A stretch of DNA of 64,000 bases from assembly GCA_964016885.1 (NCBI GenBank), contig OZ024753.1, positions 36,890,001 to 36,954,000 on the forward strand, read 5' to 3'. Shown here one piece after another: positions 14,421 through 30,918 of this stretch. The position numbers and the translations under genes were made by a program. Source of the DNA: Eledone cirrhosa (lineage: Eukaryota). Each line of letters opens with the position of its first letter. Positions within the stretch are counted from its first letter, which is position 1. The notes under the pieces were generated by a model. The model was not told where the DNA came from, searched no databases, and was given only the letters and a program-made list of their open reading frames with translations.

Positions 14421-14545
14421 AAAGTATGTCCATAGAATCGTATGATAAGATATATACACCATCTCCTCCCCAATCAGCATCATCAACCACACAAAAAAAC
14501 CAATTAAACCAGGCTATAAGATTAAAAAGCACCTATGAAGAAATA

Positions 14546-14576
<31 letters not shown>

Positions 14577-14591
14577 TATATACCGTATATA

Positions 14592-14649
<58 letters not shown>

Positions 14650-14663
14650 GCATACATACATAT

Positions 14664-14739
<76 letters not shown>

Positions 14740-14924
14740 GAGGTAAATATCTCACTGAGTACTAAGTACCCATAGAGATATATAGGGTGTCTATAATATA
14801 ATTGTTGTTCTATGGTACTAATTCGAGATACCAGAACTATAAAAATTGATGAGCAGAACAAACAAACATTAAACAATCCTTTAAATAAATTTTAAAATGA
14901 TTTAAATATCTACCTGTTCATAAT

Positions 14925-15003
14925 GCTATTACCGGCGGTTTCCATTTACAAAAGATTAGAAATTCAGAGAATTTCCAACGGAAAGTAAACTTCATCAGAT
15001 AGC
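14925..15003 (-). ncRNA. Type-I hammerhead ribozyme with branched/long stem II
   Basis: rc: GCTAT-CTGATGA-AGTTTAC..GTAAATG-GAAA-CCG-C-CGG-TA-ATAGC, within TA-flanked insert ~14737-15205. Confidence 0.8.
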
Positions 15004-15219
15004 TATTTCCTTTCTATAGGACTTAAGTCCCACAGTCTGCAAATATAATGCCAACTACCAGCTCGTATGAGTTATGGCCGTTAAAGTGACCCACACGTGA
15101 ACTGGCCGCTAGTGGAAGCGGGAATATTACAGACTTGTTGATGGCTTTGCTGCTAAAAAGATAGCAGTAAGCAACAACGAATTTTTTCTCTACATAGATT
15201 GGAGATATATATATATGTA

Positions 15220-15336
<117 letters not shown>

Positions 15337-15437
15337 CATATATATATATATGTGTATAAACTGTATGTGTGTTTATTTAAGTTTATATACATGTAGGTGT
15401 GTATATGTATGCATGTATATATGCATATATATATGTG

Positions 15438-15469
<32 letters not shown>

Positions 15470-15531
15470 ATGTATATATATATATAGAGAGAGATATAAA
15501 CTATATGGAGAGATATATATAAACTATATAT

Positions 15532-15573
<42 letters not shown>

Positions 15574-15599
15574 CATACTCACATCAACTTATAGAATTC

Positions 15600-15683
<84 letters not shown>

Positions 15684-16004
15684 TAGCTTCTTTTTCTTTA
15701 TATACAACCTACAACAAAGCTCTATTTCTAATATGAATTCATTTGTTAACGTTACACCCAGTATTTTCCTTGAAATCACAGAAGATAAACAGCAGAAATT
15801 TCCAACATAAACAGCTTTGCTTGAAAGTACAGTTTAGCTAACTTCCTCCTCTGTATATTTACAGTTTTACAATCTAAACCAGGCTACAGACAAAAGCGAG
15901 CGGTCAACATGTCTTACTTCCTGCCTCTATACAATCACTTCCGGGTTGAAAGAAAATAAAGAAAATTGGCAACACCTGAATGAAATGTAAGTAGATGTAG
16001 ATGT

Positions 16005-16918
16005 TGGTGTTGGTGGTGGTGCTTGTGGCGGTGATGATGGTGTTGTAAGCGGTGTAGGTGTTGGTGGTGGTGCTTGTGGTGGTGGTGATGGTGTTGTAAG
16101 CGGTGTAGGTGTTGGTGGTGGTGCTTGTGGTGGTGGTGATGGTGTTGTAAGCGGTGTAGGTGTTGGTGGTGGTGCTTGTGGTGGTGGTGATGGTGTTGTA
16201 AGCGGTGTAGGTGTTGGTGGTGGTGTTTGTAGGTGGTGATGACGGTGTTGTAAGCGGTGTAGGTGTTGGTGGTGGTGTTTGTGGTGGTGATGATGGTGTT
16301 GTAGGCGGTGTAGGTGTTGGTGGTGGTGATGACGGTGTTGTAGGCGGTGTAGGTGGTGCTTGTGGTGGTGTTGATGGTGTTGTAGGCGGTGTAGGTATTG
16401 GTGGTGGTGCTTGTGGTGGTGGTGATGGTGTTGTAGGCGGTGTAGGTGTTGGTGGTAGTGCTTGTGGTGGTGATGACGGTGTTGTAAGCGGTGTAGGTGT
16501 TGGTGGTGGTGCTTGTGGTGGTGGTGATGGTGGTGTAAGCGGTGTAGGTGTTGGTGGTGGTGCTTGTGGTGGTGGTGATGGTGGTGTAAGCGGTGTAGGT
16601 GTTGGTGGTGGTGCTTGTGGTGGTGATGACGGTGTTGTAAGCGGTGTAGGTGTTGGTGGTGGTGCTTGTGGTGGTGGTGATGGTGGTGTAAGCGGTGTAG
16701 GTGTTGGTGGTGGTGCTTGTGGTGGTGGTGATGGTGGTGTAAGCGGTGTAGGTGTTGGTGGTGGTGCTTGTGGTGGTGGTGATGGTGGTGTAAGCGGTGT
16801 AGGTGTTGGTGGTGGTGCTTGTGGTGGTGGTGATGGTGGTGTAAGCGGTGTAGGTGTTGGTGGTGGTGTTTGTGGTGGTGGTGATGGTGGTGTAAGCGGT
16901 GTAGGTGTTGGTGTTGGT
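16005..16918. repeat. 51-bp GGT-rich minisatellite (~17 copies)
   Basis: Unit GTAAGCGGTGTAGGTGTTGGTGGTGGTGCTTGTGGTGGTGGTGATGGTGGT. Confidence 0.92.
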
Positions 16919-17185
16919 GCCATATTGACTTTGGTGTAGTCTTGATGTTGGTGTTGGTGTTTAGTATTGGTGTTGGTAAATATTGATGTAGTGTTAGTAT
17001 TGGTGTTGGTGTTGGCGTTGGTGCTGGTGTTGGCGTTGGTGTTGGTAAATGTTGATGTAGTGTTGGTGTTGGTATTGGTGTTGGTGTAGTTTATTGTATG
17101 TCTGACGTATATATACACATGAGCATGCGCACACAAAGACATGCATTCTTTCTGTATGGGTATGAATATGAGTGGAGAGAGAGAG

Positions 17186-17248
<63 letters not shown>

Positions 17249-18194
17249 AGAAGAAGAAGAAGAAGAAGAAGAAGAAGAAGAAGAAGAAGAAGAACGACTA
17301 TTCTATCATAACACACATTTGTTTGTAATAAGACACACTCCCATCTTGACTAAAAAGCAAACGGAAATGATGGACGCCTCTCACTTACATCTTAATGTCG
17401 ATCAGTATCTGTTTTGTTAACAATTTTTCTTGGCGTCTCTTATTTTTTACATATTTAGTTTTTATTTTTTCTTTCTCACAAAACTTGGTCACTTTAAGGC
17501 TAGACGGTCAATCTCTCTCAGACACATTCTTTCACATATTTCTCTCTCTATCTCTCTCTTTTCACACATACAGATATACATACACTCACACAAACTCAAT
17601 GTATTCATCTCTCTGCTAGTCTGTCTGTCATCTGTCTGTCTGTCTGTTGCTCTATTTGTTTGTCTATTTTTCACTTTGTTCGTCTAGACAGAAACTGTGG
17701 AAACCCGTCTTATATCTATCTATCGTGGCAAATAAAGAAAGATATCTATCTATCGAGGAAGAACCATTTGATGGCGATTCAAAAATACTCAAAAATAGTT
17801 AACTTTACATTTATATGATAGTTTATTGCTTGGTGTCGAAACTTTCGTCGGATTTTTTGTGACTTGATCACTGACAGAGACACAGTATGTTTTAAAATGT
17901 CTAAACTGAAACCACTGTGCTGTAATTGCTTTACTTTCGACACATTGTCTTAGATAAACAATGTAATATATAATATATAAGGAGACTTCTGGTGTCCTTG
18001 GCCCTAGGGCTACCTCCCCATTCACCATCATAGGCGCTGAGCTAGCCAGCCGCAGGTGTGAGCCTCACGAGTTGGAATGACTCTTCCTGCGCATCTCCCT
18101 TGCCATCTTCCGGGGAAACACCTTCTCCATCTTGTCCGCCGGGGCTGTGGGGAGGCCAGCACGTGGGACCCCATTTGCTCAATATATATGATAT

Positions 18195-18383
18195 AATTGT
18201 TTCTATTTTAGGCACAAGGCCAGCAATTACCCAGTACATCACTGGTACTTTATTTTATCGACCCCGTAAGGATGAATGGCAAAGTTAACCTCGGCGGGAG
18301 TTGAACTCAGATCATAAAGGGACGTAACTTTATGCTTCAAAGCATGGTGTCCGACTCTCTACCGATACTGCCAATCCACCGCC
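18195..18383 (-). mobile_element. tRNA-derived SINE (~190 bp family)
   Basis: Full reverse-complement copy. Confidence 0.88.
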
Positions 18384-18533
18384 TGTATATATAATATAAT
18401 ATGACTTATATACATACCTACATGCATATATGACATATACATACGTACCTACACGCCTACATATGCTTATATGACTTATATTCATACATACTTAAATGTG
18501 TTTGTTTTGTCATTTCTTGAACACTTTATATGC

Positions 18534-18567
<34 letters not shown>

Positions 18568-19217
18568 ATGTATGTGTGTGTGTATATGTATGTATATGTA
18601 TATGCATGTGTGTAGGCGTATGTATGAAATATACATATAATGCATATATGTACAAAGTTACTTATATATATGTATATAAGTGTGTGTAAATACGAGTATG
18701 TGAGATATATATAAATATGTGTGCGTATGTATGTGTGTGTGTACGTGTCTGTGTGAGTATGTGTGTCTTTATATGTATGTATATGCATATGTAAGCAAGT
18801 GAATGCATGTGTGCGCCTGTGTATGTATGTGTGTAAATACATGTGTGTGTGTATGCGTTTGTATATGTGTGCTAATATCAAAGTATTTCCGATCTCACAT
18901 CTGAACGTTCCACGTCCCACGGTGAGAACACATATGAGAATCAGATTGAGGCAGTTTAAAAAGAGAGCAGGGTTATGTCCCTTTGCTACGGTGTCTTGAA
19001 CAACCGTTTCATTGGAAAGAGTTGTGGTGTTGATCTCATTAAACGCAACATTACAGACAACACAACATCTTTCAAACCTTTTAACATGCGATGACCAACA
19101 CCCAGCTTCCGAGAGAAGTTTCCGGTGCTTTATCCCTTAACAGACATCTATGGTATATGTGTGTTAATGTGCTCGTGTAAAAGAGTGCGTGTGTGTGTGT
19201 GTGTGTGTGTGAGTCTA

Positions 19218-19312
<95 letters not shown>

Positions 19313-19655
19313 CAATATATACGTAATATGTGTGTGTGTGGGAGCGTGTGTGTGTGTGTGTGTGTATATATATATTAAAAGTGAGAGAAACAGAGGTATG
19401 TGAGCGTGTCTGCAAATATATATGTGTGTTGTGTGTGTGTAGACAGAGAATCAAGGAGTGAAAGCTCTGTATATATATTAAAAGAAAGCTGATATATTGT
19501 GAATCTTACGTTCAAACTTTCTAACGCCGACTTCGGTTTCAAAGTTACATTTCATTATATCGATCAATAATCGATTAAGATAGATATTGCCATTTAAGCC
19601 TATCCATGAAACCCAAGGTAGTGCTATAAAGTTTGAATGTATAAATATATATACT

Positions 19656-19849
<194 letters not shown>

Positions 19850-19863
19850 CTATATCTATATAC

Positions 19864-19919
<56 letters not shown>

Positions 19920-19981
19920 TTAAACTTTATAGCACTACCTTATATATATATAAGTATATATATATAGTAATAATATTTTAA

Positions 19982-20247
<266 letters not shown>

Positions 20248-20375
20248 AAAGTTCTATTTAAAAGTGTTGGGATACAACAAGTAAATATTTTATAACTGAT
20301 ATAAAGCACTCGACAAGTTTTTGGAATAGATATACGATATTAAATAAATGGAAACTATATTTATAAAACCATATT

Positions 20376-20440
20376 TATTTCATTATACATATTTCAGGGA
20401 TACCAAATTAAAATATGGTATGCCTTCATCAGACAAAATA
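20376..20440 (-). ncRNA. Type-I hammerhead ribozyme (family P copy)
   Basis: rc: TATTTTGT-CTGATGA-AGGCATACCA..TGGTATCCCT-GAAA-TATGTA-TA-ATGAAATA. Confidence 0.82.
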
Positions 20441-20951
20441 CAATATATAAACAGTTTTATAAATAATTTTGACGTACCCTATTAAATGCAACCATTATTT
20501 TTGGAAGCTGTCTGGATAGTGAAGTGTTTATATTAGTTATAGTGTTAAGCACAATTATAAAAAGACGGAGAGAAAGAAAAAAACGGAGAGAGAGAAGGAG
20601 AGAGAAAGAAGGAGAGAGAGAAAAAGAAAACCTGGAGAAATATCGGAGAGAGAGAGAAATGTATGTAGAAAAGAAAGAGATAAATAGATAGGAGGAAATA
20701 AAAAAGAAAGAAAAAAAGGAAGAAATAAGAAAAACAAAGGAAAGCAACAGAGAGATAATAAGTCATCATACAGATAGAAAAACTCAAGAGAGAGAAAATA
20801 CTATATAGAGAGAGGGGGAGATAGTGACAACTTTACGTCATGTCATATTAAGTTGAGTTAACAATTTATATGAAATGAATAATAAAAATATAAATATCAA
20901 TATTCATGAATGGGACATAGATATATAATATGAGAAAATATATATATATAT

Positions 20952-21610
20952 AAACGGAAAAAATGAAACGAAATTTCATTTCCCACTCTTAGTACGGCTG
21001 TTACTTAAATATAAATATGTACACGTACATACATATATGTATGCAGACGTACAGTAGTATGTATATATATATATACATACATCCACACATATATATATGT
21101 ACGTATGGATTCACCGAACATTTATTATAATGCTCGGTGTGTTTGTAAACAAACATCCCGTATTAAGCCGTAGTGTCCAGCAACCATCGTTGCTCGTTTG
21201 TTTAAGTAACAGCCGTACTAAGAGTGGGAAATGAAATTTCGTTTCATTTTTTCCGTTTATCGTTTTCGGTGCACCCGGCCGATTAACCCACTCGATATGC
21301 AAATTGGCCGTTAATATGCATAAGGTAAGTATATACGTTCAACAATCTGGCAGGAAGGTATACTTTGCTGACGATAGCTAATAAGCTTGAAACTAGTACA
21401 GAGTTCCTTTGTCAGTGTTGAACAAACGAGCAACGATGGTTGCTGGACACTACGGCTTAATACGGGATGTTTGTCTACAAACACACCGAGCATTATAATA
21501 AATGTTCGGTGAATCCATACGTACATATATATGTGTGCATGTATGTATATATATATACATACTACTGTACGTGTGTATATATATATGTATGTACGTGTAC
21601 ATACTTATAT
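20952..21610 (+). mobile_element. Doubly inverted hammerhead-bearing mini-element
   Basis: 20952-21009 is the rc of 21201-21258, and 21010-21202 is the rc of 21421-21610. HHR lies in the unpaired middle. Confidence 0.75.
21362..21404 (+). ncRNA. Minimal type-I hammerhead ribozyme
   Basis: ACTTTG-CTGACGA-TAGC-TAATAA-GCTT-GAAA-CTAG-TA-CAGAGT; palindromic CTAG in place of stem III. Confidence 0.82.
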
Positions 21611-21697
21611 ATATATATTTATATAAACAGTATATATATTTATATATTTAAACTTTATAGCACTACCTTATATATATATATAGTAATAATATTTTAA

Positions 21698-21819
<122 letters not shown>

Positions 21820-21842
21820 AATACATATATATATATATATAA

Positions 21843-21896
<54 letters not shown>

Positions 21897-21931
21897 AGTA
21901 TATATATTTATATATTTAAACTTTATAGCAC

Positions 21932-21993
<62 letters not shown>

Positions 21994-22004
21994 ATAATAT
22001 GTTA

Positions 22005-22069
<65 letters not shown>

Positions 22070-22616
22070 AATGATATGCTCATGCACGGAGATGCTATAA
22101 AAAAAATTGATCACAAGATAGGGTAAAGACCCTTAAAAACTGAAAAAGAAGCTAGCAATGGCCGCTGTAAGGAATTGAACCCTATATCTTCCAGATCCCG
22201 GCTATATATATATATATATATACGCACACACACACATTTCTATAATCGCAACATTGTTTTCTAGTATTACCCTATGTCTAGGAAACCATTAGCCCAAGGC
22301 TCTATACTAACGAAACACACTCGTTTAATCTAAAAGACGGAATACATACCACATACAGTATATCTTTATATCAATCTATCTAAATATATATATGTGTGTG
22401 TTTGTGTGTGTGTGTGAATATATGTATATATACATATATATATATATGTGTGTGTATGTGTGTGTGTGTGTGTGTAGGGATGAGGTTAGCCAAAGCCAAA
22501 AACACATTGTAATGTCAATGTCCAGTAGTCATTGAAGCAAAATTTTGCCGTATTTTTCGATCCAGTGAGCTGTTCAAATGCCTTGGTCAGTTCACAACAA
22601 ACTCACACATGTGTAA

Positions 22617-22665
<49 letters not shown>

Positions 22666-22696
22666 TAAACATATATATACATATATTTATATATTT

Positions 22697-22776
<80 letters not shown>

Positions 22777-22859
22777 TTATATATTTATATATATACTTAT
22801 ATATATATATATACTTATATATATATATATATATACTTATATATATATATATACATATA

Positions 22860-22939
<80 letters not shown>

Positions 22940-23029
22940 TATATAAGTATATGTATATATATGTTTATAATTATGTTATTATATATATAACTTTGATAAC
23001 TTTATCAAAGTTATATACATATATATATA

Positions 23030-23096
<67 letters not shown>

Positions 23097-23777
23097 ATAT
23101 ATGTAAGTATATATATACATATATATATATATATATGAATAAATGACCATAATGCAATAAATGGGTATATAAAAATATATTTGGATCACTACGTAAATGC
23201 ATGTTTCCTCCCTAATAGATCATCACATCAAAACCTTCTGTAGATGTGATACTGTGCTCTTGTAGAGCTTGTGATCGTGTTACGTGTTGGTGGGAGTTGT
23301 GTACGGTGCAGTAGAGCTATGCGGACTCTTGCGTTAGAGTTACTTACTGTACATGAAAAAATAAAGTAGCTTTATGTCTTATATATATTTGCTCTCCTAG
23401 AATAGCAATTATACTTGTGGCGTGAAAGGTAGATGGCGTGGTGGCGGTGTGTGTGTGGTGGGGGTGTGTGTGGAGATTGAAAGATGTAACGTATGAAACA
23501 CTTCAATGGTTAAATAACATAGGAAGAAGACAGGAGAAAGAAGGTGGGAAGGGGGGGGAGAAGGAGGAGGTGAGGCAAAGAGAAATGTAATGAGAGAGGG
23601 GGTGCAAGTTGGAATGAGGAGTTATTGAATATGTGTATGTACAAATATACATATATATATATATGTGTGTGTGAGTGTGTGTGTGTGTGTGTGTATATGT
23701 ATTTATGTATATATATATATATATATGTATGTAGGGAGATATATATATATATATACATACATATATATCTATATATA

Positions 23778-23809
<32 letters not shown>

Positions 23810-23989
23810 CATATATGTGTGTGTTTGTGTGAACATATATGCGGATTGGCTTAATGTAGGACTGCGATGAAGTATATTTCTTTTTAAATGGATATATGCA
23901 TATGTGATGTAAATATACATAGGCATTATCTATTATACATACATATATATATATAAAAAGGATCGATCGACTTTCGTCAAATCAGTTTC

Positions 23990-24495
<506 letters not shown>

Positions 24496-24947
24496 CCTTT
24501 TATCGATCAAATATATATATAAATATATATATTTATATATATATATTTATATTTATATATATATATTTATATATATATATTTATATATATAGAGAGAGAT
24601 ATGTGATCGATAAAAGGTCTTGAGCGTGCTGCAAATCGCTTTTGATGTCCCGTTTTAAGCACCGAAACATCTATGATTTTCAGTTAACAGCTGACGAAGG
24701 AGTCCTTCTCTAGTTTCGTCAATACTACCATCTTAAACTTTGTTTACAGTAACCACACAGCTCGCTTCGTTTCTAGTAATTATATATATATAACCCTTGT
24801 TTGAAGAACTTTGTAATGCGAACTGGCGCGAAATTTATTATACTTATTGACCAACCAATCAAATTACTTCTCTAAAAACCTGGCGTTTCGAGCCACTTTT
24901 TTCCAACCAGATGTGAGAAAAACCACAGACCCTCCATCTCAACTCTA

Positions 24948-24983
24948 CTTTTGAAAAGCAGAAGAACTGCGAAACCGGTAAAG
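24948..24983 (+). ncRNA. Variant minimal hammerhead (U3-A8 core)
   Basis: CTT-TTGAAAA-GCAG-AAGAA-CTGC-GAAA-CCGG-TA-AAG; diverged relative of the 43.2-43.6 kb family. Confidence 0.65.
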
Positions 24984-25151
24984 GAACCAAATAAATATAT
25001 ATATATTTTTTTTAAATAAGACTCCAGTTGCATTTTCGATTTCATCTTTTTTTCTCTATACTTTCACTCGTGTAGGACACCTCGGTTATTTTTCATTTTG
25101 TAAAAAAACCTCACTTTCTAATATATATATATATATATATATAAATATATA

Positions 25152-25217
<66 letters not shown>

Positions 25218-25496
25218 TTACTGTAATTAAATATTTTTACAACGTTTTACTATATTTTATCAGGTGCGGAAAAATGAAAGGTAAAATCGCCCTTGAAAAT
25301 CTATATAGTGAAAACAAACACAGAGCAATGGTATTCTATCTTCCCCTATACCCAAATCTATCAATTCACTACTCTTATGGTATTGGACTCACAACTCTTA
25401 TGTCCTGACTATAATTTTACATTTGTACCTATTCTCATAGTTCAAATCTCGTTTGCTGTCCTCGTGAAATTGGTGACATTATTTTGAACGAGAAAG

Positions 25497-26032
25497 AGCG
25501 GTGGATTGGCAGTATCGTTAGATTGTCAGACGACATGCTTTGCAGCATATAGTTGCGGCCCTTTACGTTTTGAATTCAAATCCTGCCGAGGTTAGCTTGG
25601 CTCTTCATCCTTATGGAGTTGATAAAGTAATGTACCAGGAACGTACGTTCTGGGTCGATTTATTCGACTTTCTCCTCCCAAAATAATTGTTGACCTTGTG
25701 CCTAAATCAGAAACCAATATTATTATATACTTTGGTTAACTTTGCCTTTCATCCTTACGGGGTCGATAAAATAAAGTACCAGTAATACACTGGGTAATTG
25801 CTGGCCTTGTGCCAAAAAAGTAGAAACAATTATTATTATATACTTTGACTATATACATATAGTTACGACTCTTTACGTTTTGAGTTCAAATTCTGCCGAG
25901 CTTAGCTTAGCTTTACCATTCATCCTTATGGGGTTGATAAAATAAAGTACCAGTAACGCATTGGGGTTGATTTAATCGGCTTTCCCCTCCTCCAAAATTG
26001 TTGGCCTTGTGCCTAAATCAGAAACCATTATA
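25497..26032 (+). mobile_element. Cluster of three SINE copies/fragments
   Basis: Repeated core CATCCTTA(C/T)GG..GATAAA.TAA.GTACCAG. Confidence 0.85.
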
Positions 26033-26787
26033 TTGAACGATGGAACTGCACTTTCTATCAGGTTCAGTGACCGATTAACGACAGCAATTTTAGTTTAACA
26101 ATGAAATAATATATATACACGTATGTTGGTTTTCTTAAATATTTTCCATTCATTTCTTGTACATTTTTATATAACAAGAACTGTTGGTTTCCAAAGTAAA
26201 TTCTATAGAACGCGTATAAAGTCTTGCAACCCTTAAAATAGATAGAATTCAGCATGATAGGAATTTGTTTTAGAAAAACCACTAACAGTACCGACATCCT
26301 TTTAGAAATTGTTGTTCTTTGAAGGTTTTGTTTTCCTTTAGTACAATCCCCTGATCAGATGACGAAAAAAATTAACACAGGAAGCAAAAAACGGAAAAAG
26401 ATGTTTACTGCGCTCTTTTATTTGAAGTTACAAAATGTCATTTTTATTTTTATTTTCATTTTTATTTTAACACATACACAGAAACACACACACACCTTCT
26501 TTTTTTTTTTCTTCCTGTCTTAAAAGCCTGTCGATTGTTGGCAGATGGGTCGTATAAATTTATTCACATCATCTTCGTTTTGTTGTTGTTCATGTCTCCA
26601 AGAAGATTTTCTTTCTTTCTTAAGCGATTTTCTTAAGTAACGCCGACAGCAGAAACTTATGGTAAAGTCTATCATCTATCATCTAATAGTGACAGTGAAC
26701 GTGGAATTGTTAATTTTATGGCGGACACTTACACTACGGCAGTAAGACGGTGCAAACATTGCGAATTGACACATATATAAACATTAT

Positions 26788-27067
<280 letters not shown>

Positions 27068-27089
27068 TGCGTGTGTGTATGTGTGTAGA

Positions 27090-27131
<42 letters not shown>

Positions 27132-27219
27132 GTATATATGTATCTATCTATCTAACTATATCTATCTATATATATATATATCTGTGTGTGTGTGTGTAGA
27201 ATCTCTATCTATATATATC

Positions 27220-27346
<127 letters not shown>

Positions 27347-27397
27347 ATGTATGTGTGTGTATAAATATGTGTGTGACATACGTGTACATAGAATTTA

Positions 27398-27459
<62 letters not shown>

Positions 27460-27649
27460 TTCTGATGTGAATGGAGTGGAGGAGTAGGTGGAGGTGGAGG
27501 AGGAGGAAGGGGTGGAGAAAGAAAGAAAAGAAGAAAGAAGAAGAGTGTGTGCGTTCGAAATCTAAACTGGGTGGAACGGTTATTGTAGAGAACTGTGGGC
27601 GGAAATATAAAAATGTGTTGATAACCTTGTATAACACTAGTATATGGAT

Positions 27650-27938
27650 GTATATACACATACACACATACATACACATACACACATACATACACACACA
27701 CATACACACACTCTGAAACACACACACACATACATACACACGTACGAAAGCACACACACAAGCACACATACATATACACACACACATATATATATATATA
27801 ATATAATACATACACACAAACACACACGTTACATGCCCATACACACACACATACATACACACACACTCTGAAACACACACACACATACATACACACGTAC
27901 GAAAGCACACACACAAGCACACATACACACATACACAT

Positions 27939-27969
<31 letters not shown>

Positions 27970-28090
27970 ATATAATACATACACACAAACACAGCCACAC
28001 ACGTTACATACACATACACACACACTCTGAAAGACACACACACATACATACACACGTACGCAAGCACGCACACAAACACACATACACATG

Positions 28091-28128
<38 letters not shown>

Positions 28129-28223
28129 ATATAATACATACACACAAACACACACGTTACATACACATACATACACACGTACGACAGCACACACACAAGC
28201 ACACATACACACACACATACTCA

Positions 28224-28287
<64 letters not shown>

Positions 28288-28393
28288 ATATAATATTATA
28301 CATACACACAAACACAGACACACACGTACATACTCATACACACACACAGACACACACATATATACATATATATATGTGTGTGATTATACATAC

Positions 28394-28431
<38 letters not shown>

Positions 28432-28588
28432 ATGTGTATAAATATATGTGTAGAATTACACACTCATACAGACACAGACACACACAGGCTAGGCATGTGT
28501 GTATATTTGTATGTGTGAAAGTATAATTGAGATCTACAGATGTCTTTATACAAAGGACATAATATTTTCATAATAATAATAATAATAA

Positions 28589-28619
<31 letters not shown>

Positions 28620-29120
28620 AAGAAGAAGAAGAAGAAGAAGAAGAAGAAGGCGCATTAAGTAAATAAATATTAGAAAACAAGAATGATGGTTGTTTGCAAA
28701 CTGTTAAGTATTTTGGTGTGTGTGTGTGTTGTGGATGTGTGTGTGTGTGAGTGTGTGTGTGTGTGAGTGTGTTGTGGCTGTGTGTGGTGTGTGTGTTGTG
28801 TGTGAGTGTGTGTTGTGGCTGTGTGTGTTGTGTGTGTTGTGGCTGTGTGTGGTGTGTGTTGTGTGTGAGTGTGTGTTGTGGCTGTGTGTGTGTTGTGTGT
28901 GTGTGTGTGTTGTGGCTGTGTGTGTGTGTGTGAGTTTGTGTGTTTGTGGCTGTGTGTGTGTTGTGGCTATGTGTGGTGTGTGTGTGTTGTGGTTGTGTGT
29001 GGTGTGTGTGTGTGTGTTTTGACTGTGTGTGGTGTATCTGTGTGTGTTGTGGCTGTGTGTGGTGTATGTGTGTGTTGTGGCTGTGTGTGTGTTGTGTATG
29101 AGTGTGTGTGTGTTGTGGCG
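27650..29120. repeat. CA-rich higher-order minisatellite (27650-28360) and TG-rich tract (28715-29120)
   Basis: Recurrent CACGTACGAAAGCAC and GTTGTGGCTGTG motifs. Confidence 0.85.
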
Positions 29121-29184
29121 GTGAGAGGAGAAAGAGAAAGATAGAAAGGAAAATAGAGGAGAGAAAGAGGTAGAGTAGTAGTAA

Positions 29185-29247
<63 letters not shown>

Positions 29248-29569
29248 ACTCTGCCTTGATGTGGAAGTTTAACTTACAGAGATAGATTTTGTATACATAT
29301 TCCCTGCAGCTAAGATGACTGAGGTAATGTTGTGTAAAGATATCTACTCATCTACCCTCTATCCAAAATACAGCGATAACGACAATAGCAAAGATAGCAA
29401 TAACATCAGATTTGGACCCACGAAACATGAGTTGGTTAAGTAATACTTACGCAAACTTTCATCTCACTTCCATTATTTTATTATCTTTTTTAAAAAAAAG
29501 GAGAAAAAAAACATACGTTTCTTCTCTCAAAATCCTCATCAGACAAATTTTTAGTTGAGTTTATTTGGA

Positions 29570-29912
29570 AGGTCATCTCTGGAAAAACGACCAACACTAA
29601 AAGGGTTCTGGACTAGATTCAACTGCTATTCGTTGTGAGGCAGATCCCGCTAAAGACGTTTTCCCCGTCCATTAAATACCCAATACACCAACTCAGATAC
29701 TACAGACATAGCGTAGAATGGATGGACAGATTTTTACGAGAAAAGTGAATTGGCTAGAGACCCAAAGGTAGACCACGGAGAGATGATTGGATAACATCTC
29801 TGAGTTTGGTTGATTAATTAGAGACAGTTGCTCCTGATATGAGACTCTAGAAGACGTGTCTGAGGTCTCTGCCACCCACGACCAGGAATAGGTGAGCGAC
29901 GTCGAAGAGGTC

Positions 29913-29968
<56 letters not shown>
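29570..29968 (+). mobile_element. Decayed RTE LINE 3' end with (AGAT)n tail
   Basis: QLRYYRH..RPKGRPRR..LDNI remnants followed by a short UTR and an AGAT repeat. Confidence 0.55.
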
Positions 29969-29970
<2 letters not shown>

Positions 29971-30257
29971 AAATAAACATACGCAATACATACACACAAT
30001 CAAACCAACACACACACAAACACTCATACTCAAGAGGTTAGTAGAGAGTGGCAGCTGTGAACACGTGTGTACGTCTGCGTACAGATATGTGTTTGTATTC
30101 GTGTACGTGTGTATTAGTTTAACGTTCGGTCGTCTATAGCTTTGAATAGTTTGTTGGTACTGGTGTAGTTCTTCAAATAAGTAGATTTCTGGTCAAATTT
30201 AGTCTCAACCTGCTAGAAATAGCAGCTAAATCTTCATCAATTACACCTTGGATAATA

Positions 30258-30460
30258 TTGATTTCTGATTTAGCAATTTTGGGAGAGGGGAAAGTCGATT
30301 AAATCGACTCCAGAGCATTAGTGGTACTTTATTTTGTCGACCCCATAAGGATGAAAGTCAAACCTAATCTAGGCGGAATTTGAACTCAGAACGTAAAGGG
30401 CCGTAAGTCTATGCCATGAAGCATGGTGTTCGACGCTCTACCGATACTGCCAAGCCACCG
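30258..30460 (-). mobile_element. tRNA-derived SINE
   Basis: rc of A box, B box and core. Confidence 0.8.
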
Positions 30461-30663
30461 TCCTCACCTTGGATAATAAAGTCTGGCGTTCTCTATACAC
30501 AGGGTAAGGCTAGAATGGCTCTCTCTTTCAAATATTGCGTATTTGCATATACATGTATATGTATCTACATATATACAGTATCTATGTGTGGTAGTTTAAT
30601 ATATATATATATGTGTGTGTGTGTGCGTGTGTATGTGTGTCCATGTGTGTTTTATTATATATG

Positions 30664-30694
<31 letters not shown>

Positions 30695-30764
30695 GTGTCT
30701 ATGTAATATGTATGTATGTTTACTAAACATTTATTTAGTCTTGCTGTGAAATTACAGTCTCTGG

Positions 30765-30918
<154 letters not shown>

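Noticed and set aside
15904-17316. 470-aa Pro/Thr-rich mucin- or extensin-like ORF
   Set aside because: Product of a 51-bp minisatellite and adjacent CT/CTT repeats; open on both strands with no credible gene structure.
19520-19562. Minus-strand ATAATGA..GAAA-CCGA-AG-TCGG
   Set aside because: Two core mismatches and no UH site.
29505-29550. Minus-strand CTGATGA..GAAA-CGTATG-TT
   Set aside because: Stems I and II do not pair; chance or too decayed to call.
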